NCBI GenBank assembly: GCA_054661495.1
Contig: BAAFSQ010000015.1
Coordinates: 30,001 to 62,000 of the forward strand
Direction of reading: 5' to 3'
DNA length: 32,000 nucleotides
Source: Zygophlyctis sp. KS116
Lineage: Eukaryota; Fungi; Chytridiomycota
The notes beneath the pieces were generated by a model, which saw only the letters and a program-made list of their open reading frames with translations, made no database searches and was not told the DNA's origin. Of the stretch, positions 1 through 11,127 are shown piece after piece. Numbering within the stretch: the first letter of the stretch is position 1; each line of letters opens with the position of its first letter. A program made the translations under genes and the position numbers.

Positions 1-725
1 TTACATCAATTTCATGTTCCGGGGATCATGTTATTGAAAGTAGTTGCATCATTAAACCAAGACTATTATCCTGAACGTTTATACAAGATATTTATAGTTA
101 ATGCTCCAGTATTTTTCTCTGCAGCATGGGCAATAGTGAAAATTGGATTGGATAAACGTGTATTGGATAAAGTTATGGTACTAGGATCGGATTATAAAAC
201 TACTCTATTAAAGCATATTAGTCATGATCAACTTCCAAGTTTTCTTGGTGGATCGTGTACTTGTGCTCATATGGCTGGTGGATGTGTTCCATCTCCTTCT
301 GAAGATATACCAGGCGATCATTTGGCTTATCGCTATAAAGCTTTTCTTAAAAAATCTCAACCAATTCATGAACATGTAGTAAATCTTCAAGGAAATTTTC
401 CAATTCATTTCAAGTACGAGTCTCTAGCAAATTTAAGTTTTGAAATCATGCATGGCTCAAAGTATTTTTTAAAATACTAATATTTAGAGTAATATATACA
501 AGTGATTCCAATCAATTAAATGATACATCAATTTCTCTAAATCCAGGGCAATACATTTTCCGATGGACTGGACAAAAGCTTTCTTTTAGGCAATCTAGAT
601 TAGATTATACAATTTTACGGCAATTAAGTCATTCAGATTCTGGATTTGGACTCCTTGATGATGAATGGGTTGACTCTGAGGGCGATGTTTTTTATGACTC
701 AAAAGAATGTTTGTGCTGGTGCTAA
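1..725 (+). CDS. Sec14/CRAL-TRIO lipid-binding protein with C-terminal GOLD-like segment (5' part outside window)
   Basis: Frame open from base 1 (LHQFHVPGIMLLKVVASLNQDYYPERLYKIFIVNAP...QLPSFLGG), typical of the CRAL-TRIO C-terminus. A 26-nt intron (462-487, contains TACTAAT) continues the frame through NPGQYIFRW to DVFYDSKECLCWC and TAA at 723-725. Confidence 0.85.
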
Positions 726-1392
726 AGTTTGTTTTATAAAAGATTACATTGACAATTACATTTTTAAAGACTGCGATTGTACATTTGTTTCTCCACTAGT
801 GTCTGATACTCTTGATGTGAATATTGACGAAACTAAATACGATGGACTCGTAGTCACTTCTAAGCGATCACTGGAAGCGTTGAGTAATTACATCATTAAC
901 ACCATAGAAGATCTCAAGGATTTAAAGGGAAAGACGCTCTTTGTTGTTGGTCCTTCTACTCATGCAAAGGCTGTTGAAATGGGATTCAAGTCTATTTTGG
1001 GATCAGAGAGCGGATCCGCTCTCGCATTAGTGGACTATATTCTAAAAGGAAAATGTAACAGGCTGTTATTGCTGACAGGTGATAAAAATAGGGACGATTT
1101 ACCTTTGGCTTTAACTGCAGCCAAAGTTCAGTTTGATCAACTCAAAGTCTATGAAACGAAAACAAATCCCAATTTGGAAGTGGATTTGTTAAAATTGAAA
1201 AATCCAGAATGGATGGTGTTTTTTAGTCCCTCTGGATTCAATGCTGTGAATGAATTCTTGAAGGAGTTTCCTAAAATTGCATGTATTGGAAAGACGACAG
1301 CGTCTCATATCAGGGATCGTGGATACGAAGTGATGGCGATTGCATCAACTCCTGATCCGGTGTCTCTGTATAATGCAATGTTCAACACATAA
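694..1392 (+). CDS. HEM4: Uroporphyrinogen-III synthase (HemD/UROS)
   Basis: YDGLVVTSKRSLEAL, FVVGPST, GSESGSALAL, VYET, WMVFFSPSG, ACIGKTTA motifs. Intronless. ATG 694 is the last in-frame ATG before the conserved KVCFIKD start. Confidence 0.9.
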   Translation: MTQKNVCAGAKVCFIKDYIDNYIFKDCDCTFVSPLVSDTLDVNIDETKYDGLVVTSKRSLEALSNYIINTIEDLKDLKGKTLFVVGPSTHAKAVEMGFKSILGSESGSALALVDYILKGKCNRLLLLTGDKNRDDLPLALTAAKVQFDQLKVYETKTNPNLEVDLLKLKNPEWMVFFSPSGFNAVNEFLKEFPKIACIGKTTASHIRDRGYEVMAIASTPDPVSLYNAMFNT

Positions 1393-1405
1393 TAATAGAT
1401 TTATT

Positions 1406-3464
1406 TCAAGAAGAGACTAATGATGAGGCATCCTTGAGCCAAATGGAAGCAAGTTCTTCAATTAAAATTACTAAAAAATTACCTTGCAATGTTTCAGTTA
1501 GACGGTTCCAGTTAACATCACCTTCTATATTAACGATTTGCGAGTCAGCCACCGGCTCCTCTTTTGTTTTGGGCAAAACCTTTTTACGAGTGGGTTGAAC
1601 AGGCTCTTGTGCCCGCTTGGAGAGATATTCGACAGAGTGCATTGGCTGTTCTTGGTCCAGGACGTCCAGAGGAGGGCCTGCAAACCATTTAATGCGCCCA
1701 TCAGGGAGTCTATCAAAACTTTCGGCTGATTATTAATAAAATCTAGAAAATACCAGTTGATTCAATTATATTGTCTCCAGGAAGATTTCCAAGTTGATTG
1801 TAATACAATGGGTTGATTTGATTAGTTGGACCAGAGGGTGTCTGTCCTGCTATATTAGGACGGCCAAAACCTCCCCCAGATATGGCAGACGTTGCCGTGT
1901 TAGGAAGTGGAGTAGAGTAAGCGGGAACACCAAGATATGGATTCGGACCCACTTGTAATTGTGGTCCAGGCGGAAGGGCTGGAGCTTGCGGTCGAACTGG
2001 ACCAGGAGATAACACAATCTAGAAAATAAGATATTAAACCTTACCTTTTTCTCTGGAGCTACGGGAGTTGATCCAATAGGATTAACAACTGCAGTTGATC
2101 TACGAGGTCTTCCGCGTCTTTCAACCTGTTCTGAAGCATCCTCGTCATCTTCCTCTTCATCTTCCAGTTCAGGTTCCGGTTCCGAGACCTCTTCAGCCTC
2201 CTTCTTCACAAGACTTTCAGCAATAGATGACAATACCTTAACTGGTACTAATGGAGTATCAAATAATTCCAAATTAGGCTCTACTCCACGTACTGATTCA
2301 GGAACAGCTGAACTCCAATTCTTAATTTTTGAGATATGTTTCGCCTGATCATTATATCTAGACTCGCAAACAAAAGTATTTTCAAAAGTGGCATCCTTTG
2401 GCCGACCACGACAGTAGTCTTTGACTTGTAAAATCCAACATTTCCCAACCACATCCTTTGTTGAATAATTCACAAAATTATTGGATTTAAGTACTTCTTT
2501 TTCCATAAATTTTGTAGAAGCCTTATGAACAGTTTGTTCTGGTAACAAATACCAACATACAGTCAATCCCTCTGCCAAACCTCCACTTTTATGAGCCCAA
2601 ATATCAAAAATCTGCCCTATAATTGGCTTTGAGGGATCAATTTCATTTCTAATTAAAACACAATCCCCTATTCTTTTAGCTTTAAGCTTTTACCAACTTT
2701 ATAAACTTCTCGGCCAACTTTAAAAGTATCAACTTTAAAAGCCCCAACTCCTAATATTTCCACACCTTTACTTGGAGTGGTCCCTGTAATTTCATAAAAA
2801 ATACTCTAAATCTTTTTAAAATTTCTATAATTACCATCAAAAACTCTGCATCTGTAATCACCTCTGAACCTTCTGCATTATACTGTTTTGCATTTGAAAC
2901 CATTAATTTCAAGTCTGATTCAATTTCCTGAATATTATTTATAGTCCCATCAGAGATTTTCTCTATTATACTAGATAATGCAATAGGATTCTTAATTTCT
3001 TGGTAATAATCTGGATACATATTTTCATCTGGTAATTCTTGAAAGAGTTCCGACTGACTTACATCCCACAACTTGTCAATAATTCCTTTTAAATCATTTT
3101 TCCCTTTTTTTGGAGACGTAAGAGTCTCTTTAGAGTATGCATCTTCTAGAGCCTGTCCTAAAGTAATTGCATCCTTGTAAATAATAGAACCTTTTCTATT
3201 GTAAGTTTTTGCATTTTCTAGCATTAATATCAAATCATTGTAAAGTCCAGACAAGTCCGAGTAAGAGTTATTTTCAATTTTATCATAAATGATATCTAGA
3301 GCAATTGGATTTTTAATTATAGTGTAATAGTCTGGATATTCATTTTTATCTGGTAGAGAAGCAAATATTTCTGATAAACTTCTTCCTCCCTTGTCTTCTA
3401 AATCATTAATGACTTGATAGAGAGATTTTAGATTTGTCTTGATATTGGATTTTCTTTTTGGCAT
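1406..3464 (-). CDS. RSC1/2: RSC1/RSC2-like chromatin remodelling subunit (2 bromodomains + BAH + C-terminal RSC1/2 motif)
   Basis: Two bromodomains (LPDKNEYPDYY...NAKTYN; LPDENMYPDYY...NAKQYN), BAH (YKVGDCVLIRN...FVCESRY) and IKWFAGPPLDV...HSVEYL. Introns 2806-2834, 2668-2693, 2019-2044, 1726-1753 and probably 1456-1482. Confidence 0.9.
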
Positions 3465-3552
3465 TTAACAAATTCACGATTTTGGAATTTTTTAATTGAA
3501 ATGACACCTCGGACTGACCCCAATTTCTCAATTCTCAACACTCTTATCTTTT

Positions 3553-4371
3553 TTAAATTTCAACTCTTTCTAATTGAGTAATTCTAACATTATTAAATAT
3601 ATAAATATTACTAGTAGTTCCAGGAGAAAACGTATAAGATTGTTCTTTAATTCCACGTTCATTTGGTGTATGATAGTTTCTTAATACAACAGTCTCAGAA
3701 TCTGTAATCACAGTTACATCCACATTAGATCCTGAGCCCAAATCATTAAAAATACCTGCTTGGATTGCTTCAGAGACTAATTCAATTGCTGATTCTCTAT
3801 CTAAATCTTTTTTCCATTTAGATTCAAATACAGCCATTGCATTTAAAGAACCAGATCCCATAGTAACAAATGGAAGTTTATCAGTAGATCCATGAGGATA
3901 TATAGTATATAATTGAGGTCCATTAATATCACAACCTCCCAAAACTAAAGCTGCACCGATTTGACCTTGATACTTGAATAACATTTGCTTCAACATTGTC
4001 ATTGCAGTTACAACACGAGATTTTCTTCCAGTTGCAAAACGATGTAATTCTAATCTTGAAGAAATTAGAGCAGTCGTAAATTCAGTATCTGCAGCTGTAC
4101 CAGCACCACAACAGTAAATGTTATCAGAAAGATAATGAATTTTTTCACAATTTTTATCAGCAACGATTGGACCTGCTGTTGCACGAGTATCAGCGCCCAA
4201 CACGAGCCCATCCTTGAATTATAAAATTTAAATTACTTTAAACAAACAGCCAACAATTGTAGTTCCAGTAGATGTAGTCAAGGGAGGTTTAAGACCCTTG
4301 TTGACAAGAGCAGTGTTTCGACCAACGTTATCAAAGGAAAATCCAGATTTTGAATATTCGGATTTTAACAT
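3553..4371 (-). CDS. PUP1: 20S proteasome subunit beta-2
   Basis: Propeptide GFSFDN...TSTG followed by TTIVG; [30 protein letters not shown]. 24-nt intron 4213-4236. The extreme C-terminus is ambiguous. Confidence 0.95.
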
Positions 4372-4645
4372 TTTAAGAACCTGGACCTAGAAATTGTTGA
4401 CAATTCCTTGTTGATTCTTGACTCTTGTGCATTCAAATGTTCAAATATTGGATTTTACTATTGTAAATTAAAAAACACAAGATTAAAAATTTAAAAATTT
4501 ATTATTAAAAATAGGAAAACAATGTTTAATCTCATTCATTTACCATGTAAAAACCTGGACATTGCCCTCGACTGTGCAGGAAATATTTTTCAACCTTATC
4601 AGTAAGTGATCTTTAATAGCATTTGTCAAGATTACAAGATTTATA

Positions 4646-5957
4646 ATGATTACAGATAATACTGCGGATGATTGCAACAAGGTTTGGAAAGATATTCCAA
4701 CTGAAAAAGTTATAGATAATGATAGATTTAGTATTCAAATTAATCAATTAAAATTCACAATATTGAAAAAAGGCGAGGAATATTTTGGAATTGAAAGTGT
4801 TTGTCCTCATTCTGGTAATTTTTTATAAAATTTAAATTAAAAGGTGGGCCGTTGGGATCTGGAGATATTGAAGATTTGAGTATTAAATGTCCATGGCATG
4901 GGTTTAAATATTCTCTCTCTGATGGGAGCTGTGAAGATGATCCTGATCATTCGGCAATCACGATTTCTGTAAAGAAGATTGATTCTAAATTCTTAATTTA
5001 TGTGCATCCTAAAGATATTATTCAATTTATTAAACAAGAAGAGACTTGTTTAAAAACAGTTGATTCAATTCAAATTAAACCAATTCAGGAAAATAAAACT
5101 CTAATAGATTGGGCATTCTCAATCATAAATACTAGTAATGCATCGCTAAAGGTGGAGTTGACTTTTCATGTTGCAAAGTTGTGGAATGCAGGAGAATTAA
5201 AAGAAATTGGAAAATCAATTAATTATAATAGTATTCCTCCTAGAGATCCTCAATTAGAATTTACTAGACCTAATAAAGCTAGTAAAAGAGGTAATGGAGG
5301 GACTGTAGAAAGTAGAATTGCTATATTACATGCTTTAGCTAATATTGAGCAATGGGCAATAGATTTAGGATGGGATATTATTGTTCGATTTGCACAAGAT
5401 CTTCCACATGAATTTTCTTCGGATTTTATAAAGTTGGCGTCTGATGAAGCTAAACATTTTACATTTCTAGAAACAAGATTAAAAGATTTGGGATCTTTTT
5501 TTGGGGCTATCAAAGTACATGGGTCTTTATGGGAAGCTGCTTTAGAAACTAAAGATGATATTCTTGCTAGACTTGCAATTGTACACATGGTTCATGAAGG
5601 AAGAGGGCTGGATGTTAATCCAAAAACTATTGAGAAATTTAGAAAGGCATCGGATTTTGAATCTGTAGAGAAATTAGAAATTATACATTCAGTAATTAAT
5701 TATAGTTTTATTATAGGATGAAATCACTCACGTAGCTCTAGGTCAGAAGTGGTTTTCTAGTCTATGCAAAGAGAAACAGTTGGATCAATATGATACATTT
5801 CATAGTTTGGTTAGGAAATTTTACAGAGGGTAGCTTTTTAATATTTACTGACATGATTAGGCTCCTCAAACCTCCTTTTAATAAAGAGGATCGGCTAAAG
5901 GCAGGACTTGATCCAAATTATTATTTGCCTTTGAGTGTCACTGCCGCCTTAAACTAA
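4646..5957 (+). CDS. Rieske [2Fe-2S] domain fused to a ferritin-like DUF455 diiron domain
   Basis: CPHSGGPL...CPWHG Rieske ligands joined by intron 4815-4843; HALANIEQWAIDL, DEAKHF, HMVHEGRGLD, DEITHV, LKPPFN motifs. Further introns 5692-5716 and 5830-5860. Start could lie further upstream. Confidence 0.88.
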
Positions 5958-6042
5958 ATGACACTTGATTCGGAAATTCTCAAAAGAAGATTTGATCACA
6001 CTCTTAAAAATGGCAAATTGAACCAACAGTTTCATTTAATGC

Positions 6043-6195
6043 CGGTGGCGGTTTTTGTAAGGAATTCAATAGTTTAAGTCTTTAATCAATGCATAATATT
6101 TTTGATATCATTTTTACCTCTTCTTGTTCATTTCTACTCTGAGTGCAGATGATCCGGTAGCCAATGCAAGCAATATAGTGGAAGATAAATACTCG
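6043..6195 (+). pseudogene. Decayed tandem duplicate of the promoter and 5' end of the DUF4203 gene
   Basis: 6089 atgcataatatttttgatatcatttttacctc...gcagatgatccggtagccaatgcaagcaa aligns with 6280 atgcagaatattcttgatatcattttttacctc...gcagatgatccagtagccaatgcaagcaa. One T is missing (frameshift) and similarity stops after about 100 nt. Confidence 0.8.
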
Positions 6196-6279
6196 TATGC
6201 GAGTCTCATCGAGAACGAGCCGGGGCTGTGGCGGTGGCGTTGATCTTGCAAAAGATAAAAATAGCATTCTTGTTGATCC

Positions 6280-7041
6280 ATGCAGAATATTCTTGATATC
6301 ATTTTTTACCTCTTTTTGTTCATTTCAACTGTCATTGCAGATGATCCAGTAGCCAATGCAAGCAACATTATAGGCAATGAGTACACTCCATCTGTAATGG
6401 TGTCTGGAATCTTAACAATCTTGATCGGAACACTAATGCTCTTCTTTGGCTATAGATCTTTAAAGTTTTTACTGTTTTTTGCCGGTTTCTTTGTTTTTTC
6501 AATCATTGGATTTGCTATTCTTACTAAAACCAATGCAGGAGAAGGAAATCCAAATGTACTTTTGTGGGGATCAGTTGCAATTGGTATTCTCGGTGGAGTT
6601 TTGGCAATATTCATCTATCGTTTGGGGGTTGCTTTATTAGGTGCATTGGGAGGAATGGCTCTTGCAGGATGGATTCTATCACTAAAAGCTGGTGGACTCT
6701 TGACTGATGATACTCAGAGAACTATTTTTGTCGTAGTTTTTGCTTTGATTGGTGCAATCGCAATTCATTTTGCAGAAAAGCCTATTATTATCCTTTGCAG
6801 TAGTTTCTCTGGTGCATATGCAATTTGTTATGGCATTGACACTTTTACAAGGCTAGGATATGCAGGTCGTCTAAGAGAGACTTATAACACTGGGATTGAA
6901 CGCACTAATTTTGAGGCTCAAGTGCAAGAAATTGGATGGCAACTTGGGTTATTACTAGCAGCAAATATTGTACTGTTTATTATTGGAGTATGGTATCAAT
7001 TCAGATCCAACAGAAACAGAGATCATATGAAAGGATTTTAA
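6280..7041 (+). CDS. DUF4203/TM7SF3-like multi-pass membrane protein with signal peptide
   Basis: N-terminal hydrophobic signal; LFFGYR, GGxxxA-rich helices, SSFSGAYAICYGIDTF; about 7 TM segments; intronless. Confidence 0.8.
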   Translation: MQNILDIIFYLFLFISTVIADDPVANASNIIGNEYTPSVMVSGILTILIGTLMLFFGYRSLKFLLFFAGFFVFSIIGFAILTKTNAGEGNPNVLLWGSVAIGILGGVLAIFIYRLGVALLGALGGMALAGWILSLKAGGLLTDDTQRTIFVVVFALIGAIAIHFAEKPIIILCSSFSGAYAICYGIDTFTRLGYAGRLRETYNTGIERTNFEAQVQEIGWQLGLLLAANIVLFIIGVWYQFRSNRNRDHMKGF

Positions 7042-7059
7042 TAAATTGTTGAACCCTGA

Positions 7060-9382
7060 ATGTGGTTCTTGAGAGACTGCAACGGCAAAAATGTAATATG
7101 GCTCAAGCCAAACCAAGAATTTACAATAGGAAAAAGAAATAAGAACTTGCCAACAACCGATCCTTCAATGTCTCGAACTCATGCAATCTTGAGCAATATT
7201 GACAATTCAGTGATTGTACAAGACTCAAACTCAACGCACGGAACTTGGGTTAAGAAATGCAACTCTGATTTCAAAAGGGAAAAGCAGATCTCATTAGAAG
7301 ATAATGATCAAGTCAGATTTGGACTTTTAACTGTTTATACAATTGCATTTGTTGAAACGTTTGTCTCTTATTCTTCTATTTCTAGTCATGATCTTAGTAG
7401 GCTAAGTTTGTTATGCTCAAAATATGATCTAAGTCTGAAAAAGGATCTGGTTTCGGACTCTTTGTGTTTGGTTACGGGTGGAAATACTTTTAGCGGTAAA
7501 CAAGCACTTGCTCTGGTAATGCAAATTCCTGTAGTTTCATTAGACTGGATTAATGCATGGGATGATGTGGATTCTTATTCTTTTGAAATTCCTCAATTTA
7601 CAAAGTAATTAAAAATTCTAAAATTGATAGATATCTTCCTGCAGCTATTAAAGTCAAGAATGAAATTCTAGACAAGGATTTATGGAAAATTAATGCTAGT
7701 AGGAAAATAATATTTGAGAAATTAGATTTTACCTTGTCTGGAGAAAAAGAAAATGTAAGCCGGAAAACTCTAAAATTAAGCTAGAAATAACTAAAAGGGT
7801 GATTGAAGCGGCTGGTGGTACAGCTTCTATTCAGAATATAACAAATACGAACGTATCAAAGCTTTCTAAAGATGTTATTTTGGTTTGTGATTTACCAATG
7901 CTTGAATGGATAAAAACAATGAAATTTTCTATTCGAGCCTTGACTCAGGATGATTTAGGAATAGCTATTATGAAGGGACAATTGTATTTAGATGATTACA
8001 CTGGACAAGGATTAGCCGCAAAATCAAAAAGTTCCTTATCGGCTCTAAAGGCGGCATCATTGGATCTTTTTGAAGACTCGGTAATGGGATTTGAAGAAGA
8101 GGTTGTCAAAAGGGAAAAAGATTTACTGCCAGGCTTGAAAAGTCTCCCAGTCTCTACAAGCAAGGAAAATGAAAATAGAGGGGATAGAGTTAACAAGCCA
8201 TCAAAATCTCTAGATGTTTTTTCTTTATTTGACGATGATGACTCGAAAAAAGTAAAGGCAGATAGTTCAAGCACTTCCAATTCAAAGAAGATTAATCGTC
8301 ATTTTGAAGACTCAATTGACATAGATGGAAATTCTTTATCTGGAAATATAATTACACGAGCAAAACCAAAGGCAAAGGATGTATTTGACCTCTTTAATGA
8401 TGATTTACTTGATGATTCTTTCAAAACTAAACAAGATCAAAAACTCAAAATATCTGAGACGGAATCAGCCAAGAAAATATTGAAATCAAACTTGAAGCCT
8501 TCTGCCAATGTACAGCAAGTAAAAAAACAAGCTGCTCTTTCCTCTAAACAAGTTGGTAATCCGCCAAATCCAACCGTAAGCAAGAAAAAACTTAATATTG
8601 ATTCATTCTTTGATAGCTTACTAAATATTGATGATGGAATGCAATCTCAAGATCCTTCAGTTAGAGAGAATAGTATTGAAGACAGCATGAATCAGAGTAA
8701 TGAAGATGTTCCGCCAAATAAAGCAGTAAAGGAAGGCGAATGTGTACCAATTGGAGCATTAAAAGGGCAAACAACTTCTCTTGCCGAACGTCTTGGAATT
8801 CGTACAACAAGCAAGGATGAAATTATCACATCCTTATCTCCTATGTCTAAAGGCGTAAATGAAAATAACATATATGGAGAGTCAGATGATAAAGAAATAA
8901 TTGTTCCTGCAACTCCAGTTAAATCGATTTCTCGTCCAATTGCTCAGCAAATCAGCATCTCAAAACAAAAAGATTCAGTTACTGTAAAAATTGAACCAGA
9001 ATCCTTAGAAATCAAAGTAGGAAGCAGCATTCGAAATCAGGAACTAATCAATGAAGCTCTGGAAAAACAACGTGCTGGCCGTCGACAGGACGAGAATGAA
9101 GTTGAAATGACTGATTCCAAAAAGACATACTCTCGCATCATTATGTCAGAGTCTCTAATGATTAATAAGCCAAATTGTGAAGTTGCCATCAATACCAAAA
9201 GATTTCTTTCTAATAGAGTAAAATATGCGTCAGTCTTGCCCCCAAAAAAACCGCCAATAGAGATGAAGATGCATTATCGTCACAAGATTGATGAAGAAAT
9301 TCTAGGGAAAAATCAATCGAGAATCAAGAATGGAAAAAAGAGAAATTGGCCTGGTTTCTCTTCTGATGATGAAAAAGATTGA
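7060..9382 (+). CDS. NBS1: Nibrin/Nbs1-like FHA-BRCT-BRCT protein
   Basis: N-terminal FHA (IGKR, DPSMSRTHA, STHGTW, VRFG) directly followed by BRCT (ALALVMQIPVVSLDW); second BRCT (RKIIFEKLDF...IEAAGG); long disordered tail with NTKRF. Introns 7605-7630 and 7755-7780. Confidence 0.75.
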
Positions 9383-9425
9383 CGATCGGACTAGGCACAA
9401 GTTGTAAATTTTCAACTTTAAAAGG

Positions 9426-11127
9426 ATGGATGTGATTACTGATAATCAGTTTGATGTTTTAAAACCAATGCATCTTAATAACAAAAAGCATTACAATGAC
9501 TTTGTTTTGAACGCTGAGAAACAGATTGGAATTTTGTCTTTACCAGTTGGCGGAGTAAGTCCTTGCGTCTAAGATCTTAGAAAATATCATTCTTTGGACA
9601 AGTGCATTTAGTGCCAATTCAGGGATCATTCTCAATCTATGGATCTGTTCTATCTAATCCCTGGAGTTTGTATCCAGCTTTTGCGCCTCAGAATCAGGGA
9701 CTAGTAATAACCTCCATAAAGGAAAAATTGGGATCTGCAGGCTATGAGCTTGATACTGATGTTCGCCAGACGCTGGAATCACTTTTATCTCAAATAAAAA
9801 ATAGGAAACATGCATTGATCGGAATAGTGGGTTGCGATCAGAATGGATTGAAGGAGATTAAAAATGTAATGGATACTACAAAGCATATTTTTGAAGATGA
9901 TTGTTCATCAGATTTATTTAAAATTTCTGGATTTTATCCTGTAGAGGACGCTTCTGGGCCATTTTTACATTTTCCACCAATTTGGCAGGAATGTATGGAG
10001 GATGTTAATCAAAATGTTCAAGTAATGTGTGTTGTCGGTGCGAAAAACGTTGGTAAATCAACTTTTGCTAGATATTCTCTAAATTCACTCCTTTCTAGTC
10101 ATGAAAATGTTGCCTTTTTAGAATGTGATCCTGGGCAATCAGAGTTTACTCCCCCAGGAACTGTATCTTTAAATATTGTTTCCAAACCATGCATAGGTAT
10201 TCAAATTTTGGTTAATGATAGGTCCACCATTTACTCACTTACAGACGCCAGCAAAAGCCTATTTTATTGGTTCTAATACTCCAAAGCAAAATCCTGACTA
10301 TTATATGAATTGTCTTTTGGAATTATTTTCAGAATATATGAAAAACTATAAAAATAAAATGCCGCTAATAATCAATACCCAAGGATGGGTTAAAGGTAAG
10401 TTTTAATAAATTAATATTAGGAATGGGATATGATTTGCTAAAGTTCTTTTTATTAAAAGTCAGACCAAATCAGATTGTTTTTATTTCCAATAATTCTCAA
10501 ACCAAAATGTTTGAAGATATATTTATTGAACTGAAAGATGGATGCAAGGTCTATGATGTGCCAAGTCTTTATGATCCTTTACAAAAATCATTACATTCCT
10601 CAGATCATCGTAATCTATCACTTTTATCATATTTCTGCCAAGAAACTGCATCTAAACCTGCTAAATGGTCTTTTAAAGATAATTCAGACTTGAACATCCC
10701 ATATAATATTCCTTGGAAGGATGTTTCAATCAAGTTTCTCATGCATCAAATAACTCCATCACAAACATTACACGCCCTCAATGGTAGCGTTGTGGCTCTT
10801 TGTGCAGACTCTACTAGTTATAAGATTTCTGATTCTCCTATTAATCTTGTCCATGATGGAAATAATAACTTATGTGAATATCTTGGCCTTGGACTCATTA
10901 GATCCATTGACACTTCTAAACAAGTATTTTATATTTCAACACCATTAGACCCTTCTTATTTTGATAAAGTCAAATGCATAGTAAAGGGACCCGGTGAAGG
11001 AGGTATAGATCTTCCAGCCTCTTTCAGGGATCTAAATACCAGTGCACTGCAGCCTTATCTTGCATTTGGGGTAGTTGTAGGCCTTGCGTCAAAACCGTTG
11101 AAAACTCGTCGGCTGATCAAGAAATGA
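9426..11127 (+). CDS. GRC3: Polynucleotide 5'-hydroxyl kinase Grc3/NOL9
   Basis: P-loop GAKNVGKST, ECDPGQSEFTPPG, IINTQGWVKGMG, LGLGLIRSID. Introns 9555-9580, 10197-10221, 10396-10420. Confidence 0.92.

Noticed and set aside
4516-4645. In-frame TGA (4607-4609) upstream of the Rieske frame as selenocysteine
   Set aside because: No upstream ATG in that frame, no redox motif and no SECIS.
5958-6077. 39-codon ORF starting immediately after the DUF455 stop
   Set aside because: Short, no recognisable motif, and it overlaps the duplicated promoter segment.
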